From positions 96,766 to 160,765 of IMG/VR virus record IMGVR_UViG_3300037475_000032: a DNA stretch of 64,000 nucleotides; one strand, 5' to 3'. The position numbers and the translations under genes are program-made. Origin of the DNA: a virus. Each line of letters begins with the position of its first letter. The first letter of the stretch is position 1. Below the pieces are notes generated by a model. The model worked only from the letters and a program-made list of their open reading frames with translations. It searched no databases and was not told where the DNA came from. Positions 45,864 through 56,472 of the stretch are shown one piece after another.

Positions 45864-48060
45864 ATGCTGCAAAGTACGCAGACGAAGTTTGGCGAAGACG
45901 AGGCTATCGAGATGTACGACCGGCTGGCCGCAGCAGGCTTCCGGGGCGGGCTCGACTTGTCCGCCCACGCCCTACCCCGTGGTCTCTGGCGCGTGACGTG
46001 TACGCCGATCAGGGACGACGCTCGTCAGCGTGCTATCGAGGCTGCCGGGCGCGAGCCCAACTCTGAGCACAACGGGACCCTAGTCTGGGGAGAGCAATGA
46101 ACGCCGTCCATGAGTTCCAGATGTACCCGGAGACCGAGATGACCTTCCGGCTGCCGCACAACGCCAAGGTACTAGGTCTCGTGACCCGACCTGCACGTCT
46201 GCGCATCGAAGCCGATGACAGCGTTCAGCCTCAGGAGATGCGAGTCTTCCGTCTCGTGACGCCGGTCGATGTCGATACCTTCGACACGACGGGATGGACG
46301 CACGTCCACACATCCTTGATCGGCGGAGAGAACCACCATGACATGTGGTACACCGTCCACGTCTGGGAGTTCAAGCTAGGGGATGAGCTTGACTCGCTGG
46401 AAATCGAGCGTCAACTACTGGAGCGACCATGAACATGCTTGAGAAGCTGATCGAGTTGAACGCACGGCTCGATGAATACTCCAGGGTGCTCACACGCACG
46501 CGGGAGGAACGCGACATCATCCACAAGTGCTTGAAGATTAGTCTTCAAGCGCTGGGTGACATCGTGAACAAAGGACTCACGGGAGACGAGGCTCGTGAGC
46601 GTGTCGAAATCGCTATGGACGCAATCGAGGTGCTTTGCTCATGAACGACACACCTTTCCGGGCCTCCGAGAACTTGGCGGCCAACGTTCGAGAGTTCCTT
46701 CTCGATCCCACGGACGAGGAGAAGCGCAAGGCGACGCATGTTGCTCTCCTGCGTTACGAATCGATCACCTTGCTCAGCAAGCACGATCCTCGCTGTGAGG
46801 GCGACTGTGGACCGTGCGGCGGAGTAGGAGGTGTCCCGGATACCGGCCCGAACGGTGAGATGGCGATGACCTGCCTGACCTGCGGAGGCAGTGGCAAATG
46901 CCCCGGCTGCTCGGAGTTCTACCATCTTCGTGTCGAGGAAAATCTTCGAGCATGGGCTAGCGAACCGTGACGTACCGGGAACGGATACGTCTGAGACGCT
47001 ACAAGAAGACCCTCTGGGGTAGTGCTCTGGAGGCGTTTGGAGGAAAGCCTGCGCCTCCTGGTATGCTACGCAGGACAAGAACCGTGTGCTTCTTCCTCAA
47101 GTGGGCGGAGCACGCGGGTATCTACGACTAAAGGAGCAACAACGATGGGATTCTACATCGAGACGGGAACGAACGTCGGGAAGGCGACCGCCCTCCTGGA
47201 GCAGTACCCGCAGCAGGTCATGAGCGGGGGGGCAATCACGTCCTTCGAGGACATCCCCGAGGGTAAGACGGCCGTGTGCGTCGTGAGCAATCCGATGTTC
47301 GATGCGGCCGGTATCGCCTACGACGCAGACGAGTTCGAGGCGTTCCGTGAAGCGGGAGATACCCGTCCGAAGACGTGGCTTCTCGTGGACACGGATCTCG
47401 CCAAGGAGCTTTGCCCGCGCTTCGCCGAGCGCGTGTGAGGTAAGATGATCTGATGGACGCCTGTGGCTGCAATGAGAATCGAATGGCCGAGCTTGGTCTT
47501 GAGAAGAGGCGCTTGCGAAATCGTCTCGATGAGATCAACGCTGAGATGAGGAAGTTGGCTCCCGAAACCGACCTGCCTGTAACGGTCGAGATGGAGGGTC
47601 ATGCGGTCCTTGTCAATAAGCCACTCTACTCAGGGCTGCCACAGGTGACCGTCACTCGAATCTGTAGCGGAGGATCATAGTGCCCGAGAGAGCCAGAGCC
47701 GTGTGTGCAATGGTCGATCACCTTGAGGGAGGCGTCTCCTTCAATGCGGTCGATGACGTTGCACGTCTCGGTCCAGCCGACGACAAGCGCGACATCCCCA
47801 TGGATGAGTACTACGAGCGCTACGACGGTGCTTTCGTAGCAGCCATGGATCGTGTCAACTGGAACCGAGTACTGCTCGAAGCACAGGCCCGTCACATGAC
47901 CTTGAAAGAGAAAGACCCGGACCACAAAACCGCCTTCGATGAGTACGGAGACGACATCTGTCCTGAATGTCTCGGAGAGGCCATACTAGGCTCTGGGTAT
48001 CAGAACTGGGATCGTGAACCAACCTCTTCCCGTACCCGACTGGAGCAAGATCGACTATGA
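45864..48060 (+). CDS. Operon of small hypothetical genes (45864-46100, 46097-46432, 46429-46644, 46641-46970, 47145-47438, 47453-47680, 47680-48060)
   Basis: Mostly coupled ORFs; 46641 has DnaJ-like CxxCxGxG motifs. Confidence 0.6.
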
Positions 48061-48680
48061 CCGCCATACCTCATTACGCAGACTTGCGTAAAGCGAAGTT
48101 CCGTCCTCGTGTCCATCCGAACGGCTTCATTCAGTTGAACCTCGATGACACCGGCTGCTACCGACTTCACGTATGGCCCGACGATGATCTTGTGAAAGGG
48201 CAGAAGACAAATCACCCGATCCACGATCACATCTTCACCATGCACAGCCGAGTCATCTGGGGCGCACTCATGCAGGTGACGATGGATGCCAGCCTCACAC
48301 CGGATTTCGACTACTACAACATCACCTGTGGGGAGGAAATCTTCACCCACGAGATCTTCACGGCTTCCTACTCCACGGCACACGAGTCGGTCCTGTTGCC
48401 GTCCGGGGTAAGGGTACGTCTGCGTAATCTCATAGAGCGCCCCTTCGTTGCAGGCAAGGAGTACACGCAGCCTGCGGGCACGTTCCACGAAACGCGCACC
48501 CTGGAGGGCTTGACCGCTACCTTGATGACGAAGGTGAAGTTGTTCCCCAAGCACACTCCTCGTATCCTGATCCCGCTCGGCGTGGAGCCCGATAACGATT
48601 TCGTGCGCGAGGCGGCCTACGAGGACGACGTACTGTGGGAATACATTGAGCGTGCTCTTGAGCGAGCGCACGCCCTCTAG
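48057..48680 (+). CDS. Cupin-fold-like protein
   Basis: RLHVWP, IHDH, distal FHET metal-ligand pattern. Confidence 0.55.
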   Translation: MTAIPHYADLRKAKFRPRVHPNGFIQLNLDDTGCYRLHVWPDDDLVKGQKTNHPIHDHIFTMHSRVIWGALMQVTMDASLTPDFDYYNITCGEEIFTHEIFTASYSTAHESVLLPSGVRVRLRNLIERPFVAGKEYTQPAGTFHETRTLEGLTATLMTKVKLFPKHTPRILIPLGVEPDNDFVREAAYEDDVLWEYIERALERAHAL

Positions 48681-48683
48681 TGA

Positions 48684-48726
48684 TCCATATGTGGGCGTTT
48701 AAACGCTATACCGCACCACATATGGA
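48684..48726. terminator. Inverted repeat between convergent genes
   Basis: TCCATATGTGG...CCACATATGGA enclosing GCGTTTAAACGC. Confidence 0.55.
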
Positions 48727-48741
48727 CCCTTATGTATAGCG

Positions 48742-49389
48742 CTAGATATTAGAGGCTCGTGCGTTAGCCTGGAGCCTGATGCGTGCAGGCCAAATCTTGC
48801 CGGTAATAGCGCTTTCGCTGCCACCGTGGAATTCGGAAAACTGCGGATCTGATCCCTTTCCTCCCCAACCGACGTTGCCCGTTGTGTAGGTTGAATTAGT
48901 TGCGGAGACTGCCGCAGTCCACGCACCAGACGGATGCTTGTAGTACGCCTTGATCGAGGTCCCTTCCTTCAAGAGTCCAAAGGTGTCACCAACTTCTGCC
49001 GTGACAGCAGCACCTTCTCCAAGCGACGTTTCTATGCCTTCCGTCACTACGAATAGTCTTGGCGTAAACGTGGCTTCGGCAACGTGAATGAACTGCGCTC
49101 GATATCCGTTGTGATGTTCGTTGTTGAAACAGATCCAGAGTTCCCAGTATCGTTCGGCGATGTCCGAACCTCGGTTCGTAACCATCGAGCACGCTTGATT
49201 ACCCGTAAACGATGCGGCGCTCCAATATGTAGCGGAAGTCGAAGAGAAGGATTCAGGTCGGCTACCTGTTTCTTCGGCCGTAGGAACGGTCGCGGCCCAT
49301 GCTTGCTTCGCCCAGTTGCCTGATTCAAAGTAAGGTTTACCGCCTGCGTGCTTTAGGGTATCAAGTAGAGGGATGGTTTCGAGAAGCAT
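48742..49389 (-). CDS. Lectin/ConA-like virion protein, paralog B
   Basis: YWSAASF, ERYWELW, HNGYRA, NSTYTTGNVG. Confidence 0.65.
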   Translation of the reverse strand: MLLETIPLLDTLKHAGGKPYFESGNWAKQAWAATVPTAEETGSRPESFSSTSATYWSAASFTGNQACSMVTNRGSDIAERYWELWICFNNEHHNGYRAQFIHVAEATFTPRLFVVTEGIETSLGEGAAVTAEVGDTFGLLKEGTSIKAYYKHPSGAWTAAVSATNSTYTTGNVGWGGKGSDPQFSEFHGGSESAITGKIWPARIRLQANARASNI

Positions 49390-50057
49390 TAGAAAGAGGA
49401 AGACCTAGATAGTGATTGTGCTGTGATGATGCGTAGGCGACGAGGGATGACGTTTAGTGGTGCCCCCCCAGCCGCAAAGTTGATCTGCCCGAAGTCGGAT
49501 GATTTGCTTTTTGTTTCCATCCCTACATTGCCGTTCGTGTACGTGGAGTCGGCGATGGCTTTCAATTCTTCCCACGCTCCACCTGCACCGATTTTGTGCC
49601 AAGAGATGACTTTACCGGATACGGCACTGATGCCAAGCAGATCTTTGGCTGCGATTTTCAGATTGGCTGTTTCGCCAAGTGTCGTGGCCGTGCCACCCGT
49701 GACTCTCTCGGAGATGATCTTGAAGTTGGCTTCCGCCCCAAGCGATTCCGCACGTAGCCTGTAGCCATTATGGGATGTGGGGTTGAGACAGGCCCAGAGA
49801 GCGAACCACTCTTCTTTCAAGTTTTCGGGAAACAACGGTTCCCATGACACACCCGGTTCGGTGAATTCAGCAGGCGTCCAGTAGCAGCCGTTCAGTTCGA
49901 CGGCCGCCGTAGCAGACGTGTACCCATCCGCTGATCCGTGAATCTCTCCTGCGTTTACGCACCAGGAGAGGATTTTCCACTTGCCACCTTCGTTGATCGG
50001 GTTTTCAGCAGTCGAGCCGTTCAGGGCGGCTAGGATCGATGTGCTCGGAAAGGCCAT
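49389..50057 (-). CDS. Lectin/ConA-like virion protein, paralog C
   Basis: YWTPAEF, WFALW, HNGYRL, DSTYTNGNVG. Confidence 0.65.
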   Translation of the reverse strand: MAFPSTSILAALNGSTAENPINEGGKWKILSWCVNAGEIHGSADGYTSATAAVELNGCYWTPAEFTEPGVSWEPLFPENLKEEWFALWACLNPTSHNGYRLRAESLGAEANFKIISERVTGGTATTLGETANLKIAAKDLLGISAVSGKVISWHKIGAGGAWEELKAIADSTYTNGNVGMETKSKSSDFGQINFAAGGAPLNVIPRRLRIITAQSLSRSSSF

Positions 50058-52540
50058 TACGCCTTACCTGCGTTCTCCTGCAACTGCTCCCATACTTCCG
50101 GTGTGGATAGATGAAGTGACTGAGTAGCGTGTTGCATGATGGTCTGTCCGGGTTCACCCTGGACATGCTCACCCGTCTGGGGATGGGTGAACCAAGGTGC
50201 TCGTACCTGAGCCGCAATCTTGGAGATCGTTGGCACGTACTCGCCGTAGGGGATCTGGTTCTTCGGGTAGTTGGGCGCGATGTTCTGATCCCAGCTTTCC
50301 CCCACTTGATCCCTGAGCGGCTTGGTGTTTTCCCACCAGTCAGGTAGCTTAGACTCCTGCCCCTGTAGGCCAGGGTTGAGCTTGGCAGCCCAGTCAATGG
50401 ACTCGTGCGGGAGCGGGTCGAGCACCTTGAGCCCAGAGTGATCTTGATGCGATCCTTCGCCCGTGCGTCGATTGTCCCACATGCCCCACTGGAAGGCTCC
50501 TAGCGGAACGTGGCTGTAGCCCGCAGCGTCACGCCCGGTCTGTAGCTCGCGCTCGAACTTGAAGTAGTCACGGTTGTTCATCTCCTTGTCGTAGTTGTGG
50601 CCCAACACAGCCATCATGTGAACGTCGATGGTTGCCAACTGCGACGTGACCGGCTGGAGCAACAGCCAAGCAAACGAGCAGACCTTCGGACCCACTCCCG
50701 ATACTCCCATCTGGAGAACGGCTGCGCGGAAGTGGTGGCCCGTTCCGTCGTGTTCATGCACGTCTTCCAGGGCAGCCTTGAGGATCGCGTCTGCGTGCGA
50801 CGAGATCTGTGAGATGGCCTTGAGGTGGCTTCCCATCCATGCCCCATAGCGACCTGCCCTCACAGGCTCCTGTGGGCCTTCCTCCGGGGCGTCGAATAGC
50901 TGGTCCTGGGAAACCCTCGCTGCGAAGTCCAACTGCGGCTGAAAGTCCTTGATGTACGTCTGGAGACGTTTCGCTAGAGCCTCGTTTGCACGTCGCTCGA
51001 TTTCGTCCGTCGAGCGTTGCTTCTTCTTGTCCACGTCTTCGCGCATGATGCGATTCTGCTCCTCAGTCTGCCAGTCGAAGACGAGATCCTTTGCGCGTTG
51101 TGCAGCGGCCGGATAACCCGCCTGCGGGTTCATCTGGAAGATGATGTTCTCAAACGGCTTGAGGAACTTGGCATACGGCATGTGCGCGTAGCGCTCACCC
51201 TCGCCGAAGCGAGCGACGTTCCAGGATTGACGCTTCTGCTCCAGCGTGTTCCAGTAGGTAGCCGGATCGGTGGCTCCTGCCGGGACACTCTGTAGATCCT
51301 GGTAGTGGATGGTGTTCCAGCGCAAGTCCTTCCTGGGGCTCAGGAGCACGGCCCTAAAGGCGTTCACGATGGCCTGCTTCATGCGTTCGTAGTCGGGCTT
51401 GCCCTCACCCGTCGTCAACTGCGCCCACTCGGTATCGATGAGTCGAGCGTTGTCCACGGTCGCTTGCGCCTGTAGAGGATCGCCGTGGTCAAGGTAGGCG
51501 TTAGGTGACTGCGCCTGTACCCCCGATGACCACTGAGCGTTCGGGTCCGTGTTCCCTTCTACACTCCCAGCGTGTATTCCCGTACTCGGGAAGTAGCCAC
51601 TCGGTTCGGTCTGGAACATGTTACCCACCCCATAGTCCGAGTATTCGTGGGGGGGCACGTTATCCTTCGGCAACCCGACGCCAGGTGACTGCGGCAGACC
51701 GGGCATAGCAACCGGGGCGACAGACTGTGAAGGGTGAACACCTTGGGCGGCAGGACCGACACCCTCAGCGCTCTGTGCTGGTTCAGTGAACTGCGGGAAT
51801 AGCGCCACCTTCTGCGGCCCGAAGGCACGGTAGTAGGCGGCGTATCCGGTCTGCGCAATGCACTCCGTAAAGAGGGCCTTCTGAGCGTTTGCACTCAATA
51901 GCGGGAAGTGAGCGGCGCAGGCACGATTCTCGCCTTCCCAGCCGAAGTCACCTCCGCTGACGGCGTGTCCGAGAACATCGTGGACGGTGCGGAAGGCGAC
52001 GTTCTGCTCCGGGGTCCAGATAGGATGCTCAGAGTGTGCCCTAGAGACAACGAAGTGCTTGTGCTTGTGGATGTCTTCGGCCATCTCCTGAGCGTTCGCG
52101 TAGGGCTCGGGGTTGTCCGTGACCTCGATCTTGAGTTGTTTCGCCAAGACGGCCGCACGCTTCACCGAATCGTCGGCTAGCTCCTTAAAGGCTTGGGCGG
52201 CCTGCGGTTCGTACGTCGGAGCCGCTGCGTAGGCTTCGGCAATGGGCCTTAGCTGGTCCGTGAACGTGGTTTTCCACATCCCGACCTTCCACATCGCCGT
52301 CGTACGCATGTGGTTCTTGCGCGTGACTGCGATGAGCAGATTGGCAACAGCGGTCTTGTCTGTGTTGCCCGTCTTCTCTACCTCCTCGCCGTGCGGACTC
52401 TGAGCCGTGGCGACGAAGCACTCACGCTTGTTGTCCCAGCCGACCTTCTTGACACTCCAGCCAAGATCACCGATCTTGGTGTACAGTTCGGGAAGGGGAG
52501 TAGTTATGCCCTGAAAGGCGCTCGTGACATCGACCGGCAT
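50057..52540 (-). CDS. Polyprotein: FRTVHDVLGH metal-binding domain + HhH DNA-glycosylase-like domain + repeat module
   Basis: NVAFRTVHDVLGH...GE...ALFTE; GVGPKVCSF...ATIDVHM...YFKFE; linkers RTTA/RVS/KIA. Confidence 0.65.
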   Translation of the reverse strand: MPVDVTSAFQGITTPLPELYTKIGDLGWSVKKVGWDNKRECFVATAQSPHGEEVEKTGNTDKTAVANLLIAVTRKNHMRTTAMWKVGMWKTTFTDQLRPIAEAYAAAPTYEPQAAQAFKELADDSVKRAAVLAKQLKIEVTDNPEPYANAQEMAEDIHKHKHFVVSRAHSEHPIWTPEQNVAFRTVHDVLGHAVSGGDFGWEGENRACAAHFPLLSANAQKALFTECIAQTGYAAYYRAFGPQKVALFPQFTEPAQSAEGVGPAAQGVHPSQSVAPVAMPGLPQSPGVGLPKDNVPPHEYSDYGVGNMFQTEPSGYFPSTGIHAGSVEGNTDPNAQWSSGVQAQSPNAYLDHGDPLQAQATVDNARLIDTEWAQLTTGEGKPDYERMKQAIVNAFRAVLLSPRKDLRWNTIHYQDLQSVPAGATDPATYWNTLEQKRQSWNVARFGEGERYAHMPYAKFLKPFENIIFQMNPQAGYPAAAQRAKDLVFDWQTEEQNRIMREDVDKKKQRSTDEIERRANEALAKRLQTYIKDFQPQLDFAARVSQDQLFDAPEEGPQEPVRAGRYGAWMGSHLKAISQISSHADAILKAALEDVHEHDGTGHHFRAAVLQMGVSGVGPKVCSFAWLLLQPVTSQLATIDVHMMAVLGHNYDKEMNNRDYFKFERELQTGRDAAGYSHVPLGAFQWGMWDNRRTGEGSHQDHSGLKVLDPLPHESIDWAAKLNPGLQGQESKLPDWWENTKPLRDQVGESWDQNIAPNYPKNQIPYGEYVPTISKIAAQVRAPWFTHPQTGEHVQGEPGQTIMQHATQSLHLSTPEVWEQLQENAGKA

Positions 52541-52579
52541 CACCAGTTACTATACAGGATCGCCCCTGTTCTCTGCGGT

Positions 52580-53618
52580 TTATGCCTGGATCAGAGACTC
52601 CCTCATCTCCTGTTCGCGCTCGTAGTCTTCCAACTCCTGGGGAGTCAGCAGACAATCGAGGTTATCGGGGAACTCGTCCTCGTCATCTGCGAGGTAGGTC
52701 ATGTCACGCCAGTCCTCATCGGGGTCCGGCTCACCCTCGACCTCGACATCCGATTCGATGTCCTCTGAGTCCTCCAGATCCTTGTAGGTCAATAGACCCA
52801 CGCTGATGGACTCGATCAAATCCAAGGCATCCTGACGGCCCTCTGCGGGCGTGATCCGAGCCTGTCGCTGACCGAAGATGATGGGATCGCCCCAGTCGAA
52901 CACGTACCACTTGCCGTTCATGCCTCGCTTGACGAGTCTGACTGTGAAGCGGTCGTTGCCCTTCAACCTGTACTCGATGCTCGACTCGGCCACCTGCAAC
53001 GGACTCTCGACTTCGCCCTCTGCGTCCGGCTCGATGAACTCGGCGTGACACTGCGGGCAGATCGGCGTCCCGGCCTCGTCCAGCCACATGCGCGTGATAC
53101 GAGCGATGTAGCCACACTCCGGGCAAATCGTCTTGAGCAGTGGGTTCCGGGTCTTGCGGTTGGTGGTCGCATCCAGGGCGGCGTGCGGGTAGGGACCCAA
53201 CTCCTCCAAGATGACGTTCAGCTTCTCCACAAGGGCGTCGCCTGCGTGCGTCGATGTCGGCTTGCCCTCCAGTCCCACGCCCTTCGCCAGTCTTGCGAAT
53301 GGCCCACGATGGCCGGTGCCGGGAGGCAGAGCCGCGTGCAGCATCTCGTGGAGCGTCGTCTCCGCCACCTTGATGGGGTCGGAGAGCAGCGGCGAAATGA
53401 ACATCTCGTGCGTCTTGTCGGCTGAGGATTCGGCTCCCCAGCACTCCCCGATACGGTGAGCGTTTTTTTGTGGTCGGGCGTGCGCGTGTACCGGGGAATC
53501 CGCACGAGATCCGCCACTTCGAGAGTTTGTGTCCACGCTCGGCAAGCATGGGCTCCAACCGCTTGACTAGCTCATTCAGCCAGTGCTCGCGGTTGATGAT
53601 CGTGGCATCAGAAGACAT
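52580..53618 (-). pseudogene. SprT-like zincin + Zn ribbon, frameshifted at an A7 run (53463-53469)
   Basis: N-part NREHWL...RISCGFP; C-part RIGECW, HEMLHAAL, GHRGPF, CPECGY, CPQC; removing one A joins them. Confidence 0.75.
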
Positions 53619-53781
53619 CTTCGTCCTCCCAGTCGTAAGGCTTCCGGGCCTGCGCCTCCATCTGCGCTAGGGCAAGCTCAGGGTGCTGGATCTGAGCAAA
53701 CGTCCGCTGCCAGTCGCGCGTCTCATGCGCTCCAGCACGAATGTAGATCAGATCGTCAGTTGAGAGATCCGGGTTATCCAT
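53608..53781 (-). CDS. Small hypothetical protein
   Basis: Leaderless, 7 nt after TATACT. Confidence 0.6.
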   Translation of the reverse strand: MDNPDLSTDDLIYIRAGAHETRDWQRTFAQIQHPELALAQMEAQARKPYDWEDEDVF

Positions 53782-53788
53782 GCCAGGT

Positions 53789-53817
53789 AGTATAGCGCGT
53801 TTAAACGCTGATGTCAA
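53789..53817 (-). promoter_or_regulatory. SigA promoter with GCGTTTAAACGC palindrome in the spacer
   Basis: TTGACA-tcagcgtttaaacgcgc-TATACT. Confidence 0.8.
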
Positions 53818-53863
53818 ACAAGTCGTAGCATGAAGTTGGACCCTACCTGCGACCTAATGGGCG

Positions 53864-54223
53864 ATGATCGGCCTCCTCGCTACCCTCCATTTCGTAAGCC
53901 AGGCTCAGCAAGCAGGCGAGTCCGTCATCATCACGTCCTGGGTCGAATTGCTGACCATCACGGTCATCATCACGGGCCTCTCGGCCTTCTGGCACAAGCA
54001 CAACTGCCACGAACACCATTGTCTGCGCCTAAGCTGGCATCCTGACGAGAACGGACACCCTGTTTGCAAGAAGCATCACCCAGATCATCCGTCACGCGGT
54101 CTGTGGTGGGAGATCAAGCACTTCCTCAAGACGGGCCAGTTCGGGGACCACGATCATCCCCGCCACGCCAAGAACAACGCTCAGCCGGGCCAAACCCCGC
54201 CGATCTCGTCAAGCAACTCGTAG
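53864..54223 (+). CDS. Membrane protein with His/Cys cluster
   Basis: TM helix, then HNCH...C...CKKHHP; TAATGGGCG upstream. Confidence 0.6.
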   Translation: MIGLLATLHFVSQAQQAGESVIITSWVELLTITVIITGLSAFWHKHNCHEHHCLRLSWHPDENGHPVCKKHHPDHPSRGLWWEIKHFLKTGQFGDHDHPRHAKNNAQPGQTPPISSSNS

Positions 54224-55040
54224 TAGCGATCCTCCCAGTAGTCGCGGTCCTCTTGGACTTCCTTCAACTCCTGTTGCAGATCCTTCACGTCTTGCTCGAC
54301 CTGTGAGCCAGCGGTCGAGCAGATGTCGAGGGAGAGGATGTTCTGGCCGGAGCCTAGCGGGTCACGATCCATTGCTCAGCACCTCCTCCATCGTAGCGTT
54401 CTTGAACAAGGGCTTGTAGCCAACGGGTCGGCGTTTAAACAGGCGCTTGTACCATGGCAGAGCATACCACGCGATCCACTCGCGTTCGCCCTCTACCTTC
54501 TCTGTGTGGTACTCCACTAGCTTGCGATCAACCTCTTCTATCGTGTCCGGGTCGCGGCTCAACAGGAGAGGGATTTTGACTACTCGGGCCGGTTCGAGCC
54601 AGTAGTCCTGCGTCGAGGATGCGTACCAGCGCCGACTCTTTGGCGCTTGGTGGTACGTCGTGACCCTAAGCAGGTGGTTCGAGTTCTGCGATGGCATTGC
54701 GGCACATGGTTCGGACGTAATCGGGATACGTGGCTGGGTCGCCCATGATGCCAGCGCCTTCGGCGATAGCCCTGCAAGTCTGGACGGCATCGGCGCAGCG
54801 AGCCATGGCGCTCCTGTAGCCGTGGTCGAACGCCTCGTAAGGCTGGATGGGACCTGCGGAGATGTCCTGCATCCCCAGGTCTTCCCAACACGCCTCTTTG
54901 TGGTTCTCTGGAAATCCGTCTCTGTCCATGTCAGTACCAGCTTGCAATGTCCTGAGCGCCGCACTTGCGACACCAACGTACACGGTAACTGAGTCCGAGA
55001 AGATTCTGAAAGCGCCGTGGGTCCCAAGCGCCCCAGTCAT
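54181..55040 (-). CDS. Several small hypothetical genes (54181-54372, ~54362-54670, ~54666-54929)
   Basis: Coupled minus-strand ORFs; exact starts uncertain. Confidence 0.45.
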
Positions 55041-55079
55041 GCCCCGACCACGTAGCGCACGCTAGCCACCGGAGCGGTC

Positions 55080-55481
55080 TCATAGATAGTCGCCCTCGCG
55101 TTGCGGCGGAACGTCTGTTGGCATCCCGTGATGACGGATATGCGGCAGAGGCTTGTGCGGCTGCTCGCCCTTGAGGGCAGCGATGACCTGCTTGATGACG
55201 AACGGGTCCTCCAGCTTCTTGTGATCGTCCGTCGTGATCCTGAATCCGCCCTGGATCTTGTAGGCATAGCCGTTCAGGCGGCCAGGGTGCGTGACTTCGG
55301 GGGCAAGCTCGTCGTGAGTCTTGGCCTCCGCACGCGACGTGTCCTCGTTGTGATGGACCGTGACGTGGCCGCTCTCGGGATCGAAGACCCAGAGCCAGTA
55401 GATCGGCCCGTCGTAGGGCTCGTGCAGGATCGCTGTGCGATGCGGCAGAAGCTCTTGGAAGTCTGGAGCAATGTCGCCCAT
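55080..55481 (-). CDS. Stand-alone copy of the repeat module
   Basis: HRTA, then WLWVFDPESGHVTVH...THDEL...GYAY. Confidence 0.6.
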   Translation of the reverse strand: MGDIAPDFQELLPHRTAILHEPYDGPIYWLWVFDPESGHVTVHHNEDTSRAEAKTHDELAPEVTHPGRLNGYAYKIQGGFRITTDDHKKLEDPFVIKQVIAALKGEQPHKPLPHIRHHGMPTDVPPQREGDYL

Positions 55482-55499
55482 ACCCCAAAGAATACCAGA

Positions 55500-56054
55500 T
55501 TAGAAGGTCGCTGGCAAGTGTTCTGAGGTGCTTGAAAGCGTCTCGTCCGACACCGTAGCTTCGGACACGAGGAAGGACGCATACTTGCCGTCCTTGTTGG
55601 TCGAGATGGCAGCCTGTCCGTTGGCGTCGAAGCCATCCACAGCTTCGAATCGATTGATGATTTCGTACTTCGACTGCGAGGGATTGAAGAACAGCACCAT
55701 CCAGGCTCCGCCCGATGAAGGAGAGCCAGGAGCCTGGAGGAACAGCCCGTAGGGGTCTCGGGCTTCGGCGAAAATACGGAAGGCGGTCTGAGTGATCCCT
55801 TCGTTGGCGAAGCGGATGCGGAAGTGCTGGGCGACTAGCGGGACCTCGAAGCCCTCTCCGGTGCCGCCTGTGATCGAGTAGGACGACGAGACATCGAAGT
55901 CCGTGCCGTCTCCGCTCTGCTCAATAAAGAGAGTCCCGTTGGTGTTCGAGAAGACCGTACCGCTGATGTTGATGGCCCTCTGGACGGTCTTTGTGGGGCT
56001 CACGTAGACCTGAGAGGCTTCGAGCGGAGTGGTCGTTTCAATCAAGGCGGCCAT
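55500..56054 (-). CDS. Probable virion structural protein
   Basis: GTLFIEQSGDGTDFD, FRIRFAN; GTAATAGGTG upstream. Confidence 0.65.
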   Translation of the reverse strand: MAALIETTTPLEASQVYVSPTKTVQRAINISGTVFSNTNGTLFIEQSGDGTDFDVSSSYSITGGTGEGFEVPLVAQHFRIRFANEGITQTAFRIFAEARDPYGLFLQAPGSPSSGGAWMVLFFNPSQSKYEIINRFEAVDGFDANGQAAISTNKDGKYASFLVSEATVSDETLSSTSEHLPATF

Positions 56055-56082
56055 AGTCACCTATTACGCCCGTGGTTCGAGG

Positions 56083-56472
56083 CTACTTATCAGCGTAGAT
56101 GTCCCCGTTGCGCTGCATATCGCCCTCGTATTTGATCCCGAAGTAGTCGCTGTAGAAGTTGTCCATGTAGTCGGCCAAGTAGTCGAGGATGAACAGCTTC
56201 TCCCTAGATGTCTCCCAGTGACGCCTACGTTCGTACTCGCGCTTGGCGATGGATAGGCTGCCGAAGAAGACTGTCAGTTGTTCTGGCCTTGCGTCACGCC
56301 TGTCTTTGGGAAGGTAGCGTTCAACGAGATCGGGGAGGCTTTCGCTGAGGTGAATCTCCTGGTTCTCATGATCCAGGATCGCCTTCGTGAGGAGGTACTG
56401 CAAGTCACTCGACGTGACGACATGCGACCTCGGATTCTCCAGGTGCTTACGACGACTCTCAGCCAGATACAT
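56083..56472 (-). CDS. Conserved-type phage hypothetical protein
   Basis: LQYLLT...AKREYERR...NGDIY. Confidence 0.6.
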   Translation of the reverse strand: MYLAESRRKHLENPRSHVVTSSDLQYLLTKAILDHENQEIHLSESLPDLVERYLPKDRRDARPEQLTVFFGSLSIAKREYERRRHWETSREKLFILDYLADYMDNFYSDYFGIKYEGDMQRNGDIYADK

